A DNA stretch of 63,863 bases, filler included, from Octopus bimaculoides (Eukaryota), in NCBI RefSeq assembly GCF_001194135.2. It is 6 parts of 6 records of this genome, joined end to end, with 100 filler letters (N's around TTAATTAATTAA, not from the genome) between each part and the next. Parts side by side here need not be neighbours in the genome. Positions count along the whole stretch, not along the records: positions 1 to 6,660 come from NC_068983.1; positions 6,761 to 13,290 come from NC_068985.1; 4 more parts are not named here. One strand, written 5' to 3'. Under the pieces are notes generated by a model. The model was not told the DNA's origin. It saw only the letters and a program-made list of their open reading frames with translations, and made no database searches. The position numbers were made by a program, and so were the translations under genes. How positions within the stretch are numbered: the first letter of the stretch is position 1; each line of letters opens with the position of its first letter. Below are positions 1-12,179 of this stretch, piece by piece.

Positions 1-24
1 ATATATATACATATATATATGCAT

Positions 25-520
25 ATATGGGTACAGGTCGTCACCAATTGTGCAAATAACATGAAATACGTAAACAAATGAGTTAAATACATGAACAACG
101 AGAGAGAAAAAATGGAAAACAGGACAAGTAAACATAGAGAAAGGACCCTTCATCGGTTGTCGGCTGTCTATCTACTCCTCGTTTTGAGCATTCATCGACA
201 ACTTCTTGAGTCTTCAACGACGGTTGCTTCCATAAATTCTAAAATAAAATTTAGGATTTATAGAGGGTCAAAGTTGGGAACAAAAACAGGGCAGTGGGGA
301 CATACAAGGAAACCGAACGAAAACAAACATGGTGGGTCGTGAGACCAGAACGAGGGGAAAATAGTGAACGCTGGGAGAAATATTTTTTTTGAAAAGAGAA
401 AAGATAGAAAAGAGAGAAAAAACGTCCAGACTTTTGAACGTCCATTCAAGAAAAGAAAGATGGTCACGTTAGGAAATGAAAGATGGACGATAGTCACGTG
501 TGAGCAACGAGAGAGAGAAA
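25..520. repeat. Dispersed non-coding repeat, family unassigned
   Basis: Non-microsatellite AG-rich block with no credible ORF. It resembles a repeat recalled from octopus scaffolds; not verifiable here. Confidence 0.3.
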
Positions 521-1626
521 AAGAGAAAGAGGGGAGACAGAGACAGATAGAAAACGGTGAAAGAGGGAGTGGGAGAAAAAGGGAATTAGAGAAGGATGGA
601 GGAAGAAAACAGTACAGAGTAGAGTCGCATCAAAAAGGTGAAGATAAACTTACTTGGAAATGGATGCATATATAAACATATGTATCTCTGGGTGATTTTA
701 TCCTCATAAATATGTTATGTTGTATGTGTGCCTGAATATACCAATTATATATCTATATCTAAATAAGAACATCCATTGTAAGCTGACCGCTGATCTGAAT
801 TTACTAAATAGAACTGAACCATATACACGTAGCCCCCCCCCCCCACACACACACACTTTACCTTGAAGGACCACAAACTCAACTTCTACACTAGGCCTTC
901 TATTAGATTCATCTGCCTCACTAAATCAGACTTAGGTCGAATTAGTAAAAGCATTATTGACCGTACTCTACCCCTAGTTAGGACTAGCGTTAAGCTTCCG
1001 CTCTGGAATTACATCGGTGAATCAATAATTCTCTGAAATTAGTACGCTTTTAAGAATAGTCCGATTGGCTGAAGACAAAGAAGACAGCTGTGAACACGTG
1101 TTTCTGCTATAGTTGTGGTCATCAGTATAGCAGTTGTCCGACCTTGAATATTGAATCTAGCAAGCAAAGTATTTAGACTTTTGTATGTATCAGCATTGGG
1201 AAGGCAGTTTATACATTAGTTGGAATGGTAATGGGTTTTTGTTCAGACCAACATTTGCAGCATTCTACATCCCCAGTGTAGGAAATAAATGAAATACAAA
1301 AGCGCAGCAATGCAATTTACAGGTATAATTTCAAATGATTTTTAAAATATTTTTCTTCACAATGCAATGTTAATCCGTACTTAGCTCCGTGTTCTTCATG
1401 CAGAAAGCATTCATTGAAAATATTTCGATGTCATTACATCCAATACATTGATTATGCATTCAATGTGACGAACACGATAGAAAAGATCGACAGGCTACCT
1501 CTAATTTAATATTCAACATAGAGAGCTTAGATAAAATTCAAAGATCTCAACAATACCACCATTAGGTGCAAATAAAGGAACTGAAAAAAAATAGCATACG
1601 TTGCATCAGTTTACATTAAAATCTCT

Positions 1627-1871
1627 ACTAAATGCCTAAACATGCATAAAGACAGACAATATGCAGTGAATGACTGCTGTAAAATGTTTTTTCAAAAAAG
1701 CCTTTACATTATATTCCACTAATAAAGCACTACAAAATAAGGTTTCATTAAAAACACAACTAAATGCCTATACATGCATAGAGATAGGAATTGTTCATGG
1801 AGCGAATGCTATTAAACCTTTATCAAACAAAAGCCTTTAGATTATACTCCACTAATAAAGCGCCTACAAAA
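1627..1871. repeat. Degenerate ~132-bp tandem duplication
   Basis: ACTAAATGCCT...CATGCATA...AAAAGCCTTTA.ATTATA.TCCACTAATAAAGC occurs starting at 1627 and again at 1759. Confidence 0.8.
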
Positions 1872-2539
1872 CGACATTTACGGCACAAAACAAATTCAAG
1901 TCGATAACGGATATACAAACAATTTCATAGTCCACGTCATATAGAACAACAGAGAAATAGATCGAATATAGCACAATAGACAACACGCTTTCAAAAACAA
2001 ACCACACAAAATGACTATTACATGAACTAAATACACTCTGGCTCTAAACAAAGTTTTATAAATACATGACATGAACAAAGAACGCAACTATTACTCCCTG
2101 TCGATCATAAAATGCAAAATAATAACATAGTGTAAAAATACTAAAATTAAAATCTCTTTAACAAACCACAAACCACAAGCATTGTTAGTTTGCAAACCGC
2201 TGAATAAAAGGGTGGAGTTTCGGAATAAGAGTCCCACCATACCCCATGGGAAATAAAAAGGTTACAAAATGAGTTGGGTGGCGGTGAGGAAAATGTGAAA
2301 ACGAAATTTTAATTTCTTAAAGAGAATTTTTTTTAGGAATTGTTACTAACGTTGTATGAAACAATAAAAATACTGAAAGAAAAATAACAACAAAGAACAG
2401 AAAAGAAAAATTGAAAAAAAAATACCTTTTTCCTTCCTCGTGGTTTGGGGCTCCTAATTCGAAACTCCGCCGAATAAACTTTGTATACATGATGATAATA
2501 GCAGTTATAATCGTTTCCGGTTCCGGTATAAAGTCATAA

Positions 2540-2702
2540 GCCAATGCTGTCGACCCCAGACTGGTCCTTTATTTTATCGACTCTTGGAGGGATGAAAAGC
2601 AAATTTGTTCCTGGTGGGAATTGAACTCAAAACATCAAGAGCCAGAACAGATACAACAAAGCGTTTTGTCCGACACTCTAACGATTCTGCTAGTTCGCTG
2701 TC
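2540..2702 (-). mobile_element. tRNA-headed SINE family A, degenerate
   Basis: Reverse-complement similarity to the clean copy at 13476-13705 (B-box-like GAGTTCAATT; CATCC..GAGTCGATAAAATAAG core). Confidence 0.65.
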
Positions 2703-2721
2703 CTGATAGCTGTCATAATTG

Positions 2722-2933
2722 TTTCTAATTTTGACACAAGGCCAGCAATTTTGAGAGGAGCGGGGGTTAGTTGATTATATTAACGTCGATGCTCAACTGG
2801 TACTTATTTTTCTGGCCTCGAAAGGATGAAAGACAGAGCCGACTCTGCAAAATTTGAACTCAGAACATAAAGAGCCGGAAGAAATCCTACTAAGCATTTT
2901 GTCCGATGTGTTAACGAGTCTGATTGCTCGCCG
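2722..2933 (-). mobile_element. tRNA-headed SINE family A
   Basis: The reverse complement reads GCGGCGAGC...CTGAGTTCAAATT...CTTTCATCCTTTCGAGG...AAGTACCAGTTGAGC, matching family A. Confidence 0.75.
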
Positions 2934-3039
2934 CGTTGGTAGCCATTATAATCAAACCACTTTCTCGATAGGTTTACAAGAAGACATTGCAAATTATAAC
3001 AATATACAATCTATGTATATGAATATCCTCGTTGTGGTT

Positions 3040-3260
3040 TAACCAAAAAGAGAAGGCAAATCTCCTTCATATCACATCTAAATGTCATTAAAAATGGAAG
3101 GACGCATTGAATAATGCGGTTCTTAATATATTTATTATGCCTAGAAAAAGAAGAAAAAAAAACATGAAGAACACGAGATAATCAATTATATCAAGAATAC
3201 CGTTGTTCATAGGTTTGTTCGATCAGGGATGACCTGGGGTTAAATAACAACAACAACAAA
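3040..3260 (+). repeat. Retroposon-like 3' tail ending in (CAA)n; related fragment on - at ~52640-52720
   Basis: Ends GATCAGGGATGACCTGGGGTTAAATAACAACAACAAC. A CAAATCTCC.TCA.ATCACA motif is shared with the reverse complement of 52640-52720. Confidence 0.4.
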
Positions 3261-4750
3261 TTCAAAACTATTAGTTTACTAACACAATTATCTCATATGG
3301 AATTACAGAACCCAAACTAGAAGATTGATCATAGCTATAATTGTAGCAATACATAACGAAAACAGCTTAACACTGAGATATGGTATCTTAGCAACAAAAC
3401 AACACCAATAGCCACAGCTAAATTATTTCCTGATTGCTGAAAGAAACCTGACGTTAATGGTCAATTATTTCATCACTAGCGATAGCAACACCATCACGAA
3501 CACAACGCCATTCCTTTTATTCTTGTGTATAATAAAATGGCTATAACAAACGCCACAATGCTCTCCTGAAGTATAGTGGTTCAGCCATGTTGTCGTCTGT
3601 AATAACTGCTTCATCCGCACAGACTGGCATGAAAAGTCTTTTATGAAATAAATGTAAAAGAAAAAAAAAAGAATCGATAAATATAATAAAGAGCAGAATA
3701 ATGTATTTTAAAACTCCTCTTTCTCTCTTTTATTCACACCCACTTATATGCACGCGTCCACTTATATATATATATANNNNNNNNNNNNNNNNNNNNNNNN
3801 NNNNNNNNNNNNNNNNNNNNNNNNNNNNNNNNNNNNNNNNNNNNNNNNNNNNNNNNNNNNNNNNNNNNNNNNNNNNNNNNNNNNNNNNNNNNNNNNNNNN
3901 NNNNNNNNNNNNNNNNNNNNNNNNNNNNNNNNNNNNNNNNNNNNNNNNNNNNNNNNNNNNNNNNNNNNNNNNNNNNNNNNNNNNNNNNNNNNNNNNNNNN
4001 NNNNNNNNNNNNNNNNNNNNNNNNNNNNNNNNNNNNNNNNNNNNNNNNNNNNNNNNNNNNNNNNNNNNNNNNNNNNNNNNNNNNNNNNNNNNNNNNNNNN
4101 NNNNNNNNNNNNNNNNNNNNNNNNNNNNNNNNNNNNNNNNNNNNNNNNNNNNNNNNNNNNNNNNNNNNNNNNNNNNNNNNNNNNNNNNNNNNNNNNNNNN
4201 NNNNNNNNNNNNNNNNNNNNNNNNNNNNNNNNNNNNNNNNNNNNNNNNNNNNNNNNNNNNNNNNNNNNNNNNNNNNNNNNNNNNNNNNNNNNNNNNNNNN
4301 NNNNNNNNNNNNNNNNNNNNNNNNNNNNNNNNNNNNNNNNNNNNNNNNNNNNNNNNNNNNNNNNNNNNNNNNNNNNNNNNNNNNNNNNNNNNNNNNNNNN
4401 NNNNNNNNNNNNNNNNNNNNNNNNNNNNNNNNNNNNNNNNNATTCATTGTGTGTGTGTGTGTATGTGTGTGTATGCGTGTGTGCACTTGTGTGTATCTGT
4501 GTGTGTATGCATGCAGGTATGTATCTTCACATATATATTAACACACACATATGTATGTATATATACATAAGTATGTATGTATGTGCATGTATATATATAT
4601 TTATATATTCACACACACACACATATATTTATATATACGTATGTATGTATGTATGTATGTATGTGCGTGTATATATATATTCACACACACATATATGTAT
4701 ATATACGTATGTATGTATGTATGTATGTATGTATGTATATATGTATGTGC

Positions 4751-4787
<37 letters not shown>

Positions 4788-5459
4788 CACACATATTTGT
4801 ATGTATGTATGTATATATGTATGTATGTGTGTACGTGTATATATGTATACATATCAAATGTATCTGAATTCATTTTCTTGGTCTAATGACACTGACCATT
4901 CGAAGTTATTTCTGTTCATCAATTTATGTGTTTGAATTATGCAAATTACTCAATAAAATAAATATTCTATAGACTTTTTGCATGTGTCTAACTTTTATGT
5001 CTGCTGAAAATATACTAAGACAAGTGCTGTGCTGATGATGCTTATTTAGATAGAAACACTTGTCCATAGTTTTCTTGTCTCAAAGACAAACTGTTTTTCC
5101 TTCCTCCTTAATAGTATATGAATTCTGAAGAATTTTATATTCTTAAGATCGTCTCTCTTTTTCATTCTGAATCAATCGCAAATGTCACCAAGTATTTCTT
5201 TAGATTCTCTTGAAGATGATTTCAATAAATCAATAATTTATCTCGTGTGGATTTGATATTATTTTTCTTCCTCTTTGTTGTTCAAATTTATGCTGCTATC
5301 CGCACTGGTACTTCTCTTAGCTCATTTTTCTTACACGCATACATACACACACGCATATAATATAGACAAATATGTGAATCAATTGCTATATCTTTCCTTT
5401 TCTCTCACATTCTTTCACTTTTAACAAATATATATACTTATATATATGTACACTAGCAG

Positions 5460-6226
5460 CTAACCTCTTACATAGAAGATCAAGCTGATGTCAGTCCTAG
5501 AACAGCTGTCAGGTATCTCCACAAACTTGGTTACTATGGTAGAGCAGCCAGAAAGAAGACACTTCTTCGACAAGCCAACATCAAGCAGAAAAAAAGATTG
5601 GGCCAGTGAGATGGTGGAGAGGCCACTAGCATTTTGGGACTGTCATCTCTGATGAGTTCAGATTTGCTGTATTTCCTGACAGTGGTCGCGTGTGGGTCTG
5701 GGGATTTTGTGATCAAGAAATTGATGCGAAAAGATTGCAGCCAACAATGAAACACGGCAGCTATTCTGTGATGGTCTCGGGAGTAATTTGGAGCAATGGT
5801 TGATCAGAGCTGGTGGAGTATGAAGGAAACATAAACTCAGATAAATATCTGTCCTTATTGCAGAAACCACTCCTTCCAATCTTCTCCAGTAGTGAAATGA
5901 TTAAAGAAGACTCTTTATTTACGGAAGATAGGACTCCTTGTCACACGGCTAAAATGACCCAAGATATTTTGGATGAGATTGGCATCAAAAAGCTTCCATG
6001 GCCAAGTCAGTCACCAGAAATGAACCCTATTGAACACCTCTGGAACATAATGGACAGGATACTTCCTAAAAAGAAGAAGAAAGCATCTTCAAAGCCAGAT
6101 CTCTTAAGATTACTGCATGAAACTTGGCAAGAAATTTTGCAAGAGAATATTCCTCATCTGATCAGTAACATACCTAATAGGGTCCTTGCAATGAAAAATG
6201 CAATGGGCATGTCTACTAAATATTAA
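5460..6226 (+). pseudogene. Tc1 (DD34E) transposase relic, frameshifted and 5'-deleted
   Basis: Reads VSPRTAVRYLHKLGYYGRAARKK, SDEFRF, then ORF 5813-6226 with D-RTPCH...WPSQSPEMNPI-E (34-residue D-E spacing) and a C-terminal GMSTKY*. Confidence 0.92.
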
Positions 6227-6311
6227 ATATTCATATTATAGCAATTAATAAATAGTCTGAATGTATAATTTCAGATTTAAATAAATTTTAATGATTATAA
6301 GTGTCTCCGTA

Positions 6312-6655
6312 TTCTTTCTGTTGAAGAGCGTAGCTCGAAACGTCAAAGACTTTCCGTATTCCCGAGCGTCATACTAATATATACTTTTGTTATTTACACC
6401 ACCTGTCCTCGTCTGTTGTTATTTTTTGTATATTCTCCCATATATATATATATATATATATTGCCATGATAGATCGCTAGCCACTACACATTCTTTATTT
6501 TCTTTCTGTGTTTCCTTCTGTGGAAGAGCGTTGGCTCGAAACATTCAAGACTTTTTCACTTCCCGAGTGTTATACTAATACATCTGTTTGTTGTCTACAC
6601 CACCTGTCTTCGTCTTTTGTTTTTTTTGTGAATTCTTCCCCTATATACTCTTCTC
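6312..6655 (+). repeat. Partial tandem of a hammerhead-like-motif repeat (Penelope pLTR/retrozyme-like)
   Basis: Two related units about 201 nt apart (GAAAC at 6337 and 6538). The same family occurs at 27481-27830. Confidence 0.75.
6313..6349 (+). ncRNA. Putative minimal type I hammerhead ribozyme, variant core
   Basis: TCTTT-CTGTTGA-A-GAGC(GTA)GCTC-GAAAC-GTC-AAAGA: 5-bp helix I, 4-bp helix II, palindromic ACGT helix III, GUC triplet. Core position 6 is U rather than A. Confidence 0.55.
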
Positions 6656-6660
6656 CTATA

Positions 6661-6760
6661 NNNNNNNNNNNNNNNNNNNNNNNNNNNNNNNNNNNNNNNN
6701 NNNNTTAATTAATTAANNNNNNNNNNNNNNNNNNNNNNNNNNNNNNNNNNNNNNNNNNNN
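6661..6760. other. Assembly spacer 44N-TTAATTAATTAA-44N (also at 13291-13390, 40827-40926, 51551-51650, 61256-61355)
   Basis: The identical 100-nt construct occurs five times. The 12-mer has stop codons in all six frames. Confidence 0.97.
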
Positions 6761-6800
<40 letters not shown>

Positions 6801-6820
6801 TGTGTGTGTACATGTGTGTG

Positions 6821-6863
<43 letters not shown>

Positions 6864-7425
6864 GCTTTCGGTGCAAATGAATTTTATTCTTACGGCGCTG
6901 TGATTTACAATACTAATAATGGTATTTTTATATAAGCTTAAAGCTTATGACGATCACCGTGCAAAGCCTAAGGAAAAGAGTCTAATAAAGGGGCATATAA
7001 GCCCTCGACAGAATAAAGGAGGCTTTCCTATCCGCAGATATATATATATATACACACCTGATACCAAATCAGTCAGTTCATGTAAGGCGATTCAACTGAC
7101 CTGACGAATGTGGAAGTTGGACTATGTTTTAAAAGGATTTCCTTGTTCGTGTTGGAATCTCTCTGTCTTCCCGTGTATTTATATTGTATTTAACTTCACA
7201 TTCACACCAATCTCCTCTATCTTACTCGCAGATTATTTCTATGTTAAATGACATTTTCATTGACATTTTCATTATGTCCAGCACTAACAGCTATTCCGTT
7301 GCACTTAGTTAACTTACATCACTTTTTATGAATAACCAAATCTCCTTCACTGCAATCTCATGTACTCTGATAACATTGGACATGCCGATATACACTTACG
7401 CACTCAAGCACACGCACATACGTTA

Positions 7426-7571
7426 TACATACATACATACATACATACAGACATCCATACATACACACATACATACATACATACATAAATACAAACATCC
7501 ATACATACACACATACATACATACATACATGCATACATACATACATACATACATACATACATACTACATAC
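7426..7571. repeat. (CATA)n microsatellite flanking the R4/Dong-like fragment
   Basis: Direct reading of the sequence. Confidence 0.95.
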
Positions 7572-7575
7572 ATCG

Positions 7576-8395
7576 ATCATCAAAGCAGTTTATCATGGAC
7601 GAATAGCTGGATTACTATCTCCCACTTTGAAGGGTATGCGTTTGCAATCCAGGAACAGGAAATATCAACAAAGTACCCGATGCACAAAATCGATAGAGGT
7701 GCGGGAAAAGCCGTACAATGCGACAACCGATGCAGACTTTGTGGCGTTCACACTGAAGATATCACCCACATCATAAGCAGCTGTCCGGAAATGGCATCAC
7801 AGTATTATCTACCGATGAGACATGAGGTTGAAGCTAGGACACTCTATAATGAAATCTGTCGGAAGGATAACCCCGAGGACAAAGAAGTAAAACCCCACAA
7901 TATGGTAGAAGCTATAGCTACTCATAATGAAAATAAATACTGGCGGAATGTACCAGTGAAGACCTCAATAAAATGTAAGCACAACAGACCTGATTAAATG
8001 ATTTGGAATAGAGAAGAGAAACTGTGTACAGCTGTGGAAATTTTCTGCCCAGCGGATGTTAACATAAAACTGAAAATCAGTGAAAAAGAGAACACCTATG
8101 CTGAACTATTGAGAAATCTGCAGTTACTCTATCCAGATTTCAAGTTCAGGTTTATACCTGTAATTACTGAGGCTCTGGAATATGTAACACACTGCCTAAA
8201 TACCAGCCTTGAGAAATTAGGCTTCTCAAAACCAGAACGAAGAAGGCTAATTCCAAGACTACAGATCCAATCCATCACTGGAACTGTTAAAAGTTGTAAA
8301 ACTTTCAAGATTATCATTTAAATATATATGAACATGTCTAAATATGTAACTATATGCATGAGAATACATACATAAAACATAGAAATATGCACACA
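7576..8395 (+). mobile_element. 5'-truncated REL-endonuclease non-LTR retrotransposon (R4/Dong-like) 3' end
   Basis: Same-frame ORFs 7680-7997 and 7998-8321 separated by one stop. AIQEQEI is followed by a CRLCG..HIISSC CCHC knuckle, RHEV, RPD, EIFCP.D.N...EKENTY and the C-terminal GTVKSCKTF. Confidence 0.88.
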
Positions 8396-8674
8396 TACAT
8401 ATATATATATACATCCATCCATCCATCCATCCATACATACATACATACATACGTACATACATGCATACATACGTTCATACATACAAACAAAAATAACCTG
8501 TTGTAGATGTTTAAATTCCAATGAAGGAACCTTGGACCTAGGTTAGAAACAGGTTCTTTCTCTATTGTCAAGAAATCTTGAAATAAACTGAAATATGACA
8601 TACACACATGCATATATGTATAACATATGTATATGTATATGTATATGTATATATATATATATGTATAATATATG

Positions 8675-8719
<45 letters not shown>

Positions 8720-9064
8720 AAGCATTTGTTATAGAACAAATATCAAATTTGGGTCAACGAATTTACATACAAACCCACCCCTCAAACATTTAATCACATA
8801 TAAAATCCACCATGATTTTCAAACACAAAAAATAATACACATGCATAAGATCACAGAGGGTAAAAATATATAATATATAATCGCATAAAATACAAATAGA
8901 ACGGCGTATCAAAAATTTAAATATACACGATTAAAAATTTCTTAAACAACCAAAAAAACCTAATGGACAAATATAAAATAAAAATAAAAATAAAATAAAA
9001 TAGATGTTCTCCGACTAAAACGCTTTAGCAGAGGATTAAAATATTAAATTCTTTTTTTAAATAT

Positions 9065-9242
9065 TTGAAAAAAGTCTTATACTTTCCTCACACAAATACG
9101 TCTAAAGTTCATAAATAAAGAGACTTCCACCGGTAAAATTCACATACATCTTGAAAAAAATATTTTACTCCCCTCACACAAGTACATCCAAAAGTTCATA
9201 ATAAACAGATATCACCGGTCAAATTCAACATTCACATATATC
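9065..9242. repeat. Degenerate ~86-bp tandem duplication
   Basis: CCTCACACAA..AC.TC.AAAGTTCATAA...CACCGGT.AAATTCA starts at 9086 and again at 9172. Confidence 0.8.
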
Positions 9243-9432
9243 TATGGCCATTTCAGGAGCTCACCACCGCAGTTCATTTACACTAAAGCGCATTATGGCG
9301 ATGACCCCCTCATCAGGATAAACAGGAAATAGGACACAAGCTTATACTTTTCAGGAAAAGCTTATATAATTTAAAAGAAAACCCATCAACGTATGCATAA
9401 GCAATATATATAGAGCTATATAAATATAGATA

Positions 9433-9689
9433 TTCTTTATTTATGAATTAAGACTACCATTGGTTTCATATTAAAAAGAGTAGGAAAATATCCGCGTATC
9501 TTAACAATTTTTCAAGCCGATCACACGGAGAAATGTGTTCGCCTCCATTTTGGAAATGAATTTCGTTTCCAGAATGGAGACGAACGCCTTTCTCTATATG
9601 ATCGGCTTGAAAAATTGTTAAGATCCTTGGATATTTTCCTACTCTTCTTAACATGAAACCAATGGTAGCCTTAATTCTCAAATAAAGAA
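9433..9689. repeat. ~257-bp imperfect palindrome (fold-back/MITE-like)
   Basis: The left arm GAATTAAGACTACCATTGGTTTCAT... matches the reverse complement of the right arm with scattered substitutions. Centre GGAAATGAA-T-TTCGTTTCC near 9561. Confidence 0.92.
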
Positions 9690-10611
9690 ATTATTCATCT
9701 ACCAATGCCGTGCTGAGTACTCATTCCAATGTTCTACATTTACGTGTGTATATATAGCAATATTCTTCCTTAGTTGTTTGGTATTCTTTTATTCTTTTAC
9801 TTGTTTCAGTCAGGATCTTAGTGGAAAGTTGTCTTACAAGAGACAAAAGTCCAGTAAATATCGGTGACTACATAATTGTTTCATAGTGAATTAAATCAGA
9901 TTAGGTTCATCTACTTGGCTATGGTTTTGTGAGTGTCTATTGCATAAATGGTCCTGGTGTAGTAACCTCGTGGTAAAGCTGCATGTAGCTTGGGTATTCT
10001 TTGAATAGGACGCGCCCAAGTTAAAAATATACTTACTCAGAGTAGATCGAGAATTCTTTGTGTGACTATAGAATGAAAAAGACTGATCCCCAATATATTT
10101 AAATTCTGCAATAACTATGAATTATTTTGGCCTTTAGTTTTAGCTGTAAAAGTATGTTACACACAACACAGTTCCAAATTTTACATTGGTAACAGATGGA
10201 CAACACTCTCTTGTAGGCTCCCATTCTATTTAAAACAAGGAATAACTGAAAGGTACTGCACCGCACACCACAAAACGAAATTAGATAGGAAAGCATTAAA
10301 GCTTCCACACATTATAAAATTCCAAATAGAAATAGAGGTCATGCTATGGAAGCAATATCCAGCTAGCAACACGTCTAGGAGTCCGCTAGCCAGAAACACT
10401 GAGGGATAAAATGTTTTTACAGAGTTTACTATCAGCGAGAATTTCGGTAACTGCAGTGAATTTGCCTGTACAAGTTAAAATATGTGACAAACATATTTTG
10501 GCTAACCTAAAGCTTTCACACATGCGCGCGCGCACATACGTACACATTCACGCGCGCGCACACACACACACANNNNNNNNNNNNNNNNNNNNNNNNNNNN
10601 NNNNNNNNNNN

Positions 10612-10646
<35 letters not shown>

Positions 10647-10939
10647 CATGCTCATTAGAATGAACTCATTGCAGTCTAAATCAAGCGAACTTTAGTTTAT
10701 CAAAGTTGATAGCTGCCATCTCCTTCTGACTTCGTCAATTCGTCCACAAATAGGAAAAGGTAGTTTAAGAAGTAAAAAGAATTTTCTATTGCATAAATGC
10801 ATGTGTATATATACTCGTATAGATAGATGGTACTCGTACAGATAGATGGATGATCGTGTGTAGCTGTGAGTGTGTATGTGTGTGTGCGTGTACATGTGTG
10901 GGTGCGTGTGGGTGCGTATGTGTCGGTCTGCAAGTGTGC

Positions 10940-10975
<36 letters not shown>

Positions 10976-11384
10976 ATCTCAGTGTCTGTGTACAGTGACT
11001 TAATCTCCATATCCACTATAACCATGCGTAGTGTATATTGTGAAATGAAGTCCTGGTAACATAACGATTAAATCATTTTACTTCGTGACTTCCCAAGTTA
11101 AATTCATGAATCTCTCTAACTGAAGCAATAATTTGATTTAAATGAAACAAATAATAAGACAAAGAAACAAATAATCTGTCAGTTTGAAATAGTTTTGTTA
11201 TCTTCATCTTCTTATTCCATCTACGTGAACTACGTTGAAGTGTTGCATGCACAGTTATATATGCTAACGAATGTTGGTTGTATGTATATGTATATATGCA
11301 TAAATACTTCATATGTCCTAGCATTTATACAGATGCATGAGTGCATATATATATATATGCATATATACATCCATACATATATAA

Positions 11385-11426
<42 letters not shown>

Positions 11427-12125
11427 NNNNNNNNNNNNNNNNNNNNNNNNNNNNNNNNNNNNNNNNNNNNNNNNNNNNNNNNNNNNNNNNNNNNNNNNNN
11501 NNNNNNNNNNNNNNNNNNNNNNNNNNNNNNNNNNNNNNNNNNNNNNNNNNNNNNNNNNNNNNNNNNNNNNNNNNNNNNNNNNNNNNNNNNNNNNNNNNNN
11601 NNNNNNNNNNNNNNNNNNNNNNNNNNNNNNNNNNNNNNNNNNNNNNNNNNNNNNNNNNNNNNNNNNNNNNNNNNNNNNNNNNNNNNNNNNNNNNNNNNNN
11701 NNNNNNNNNNNNNNNNNNNNNNNNNNNNNNNNNNNNNNNNNNNNNNNNATATATATATATATATATATATATATACGTATATATATATATATATAGGTAT
11801 ATATATCGTTATATATATATGTATATATGTATATATATATATACACACACATATATATATATATATGTATGTATGTATGTATATGTATATATCAAGACCT
11901 GGATGTGTATGAATGTCCGCGTGCGTTATCAGGAATGCTTTGCAGGTTAGTAAGAAAGGATGTGTAGCTTACATATATTTACATTTACATATATGATAGA
12001 CCTTCAGCTAATACATGTATCTCCCCATGTTGAACAGTAACTGGTAATCAAAATGTTTTTTAAAACTTAATTCTTGTGCTATGTATACTTATATAAGCAT
12101 GTACATATGCATATATATATATATA

Positions 12126-12179
<54 letters not shown>

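Noticed and set aside
1069-1091. CTGAAGA followed by the palindrome ACAGCTGT
   Set aside because: It lacks GAAA and a helix II, so it cannot be folded as a hammerhead.
3701-4935. Long ORFs such as 289-395 aa, and all similar YI/HT/CV/SL-rich or X-filled ORFs in the window
   Set aside because: They are open only because of N gaps and dinucleotide or tetranucleotide microsatellites.
5649-5655. CTGATGA hammerhead-core 7-mer
   Set aside because: It lies in the Tc1 S-D-E codons, with no helix II or GAAA.
6705-6716. TTAATTAATTAA islands inside N runs (also 13335, 40871, 51595, 61300)
   Set aside because: An identical 44N-12-44N construct with six-frame stops. This is a scaffolding linker, not biology.
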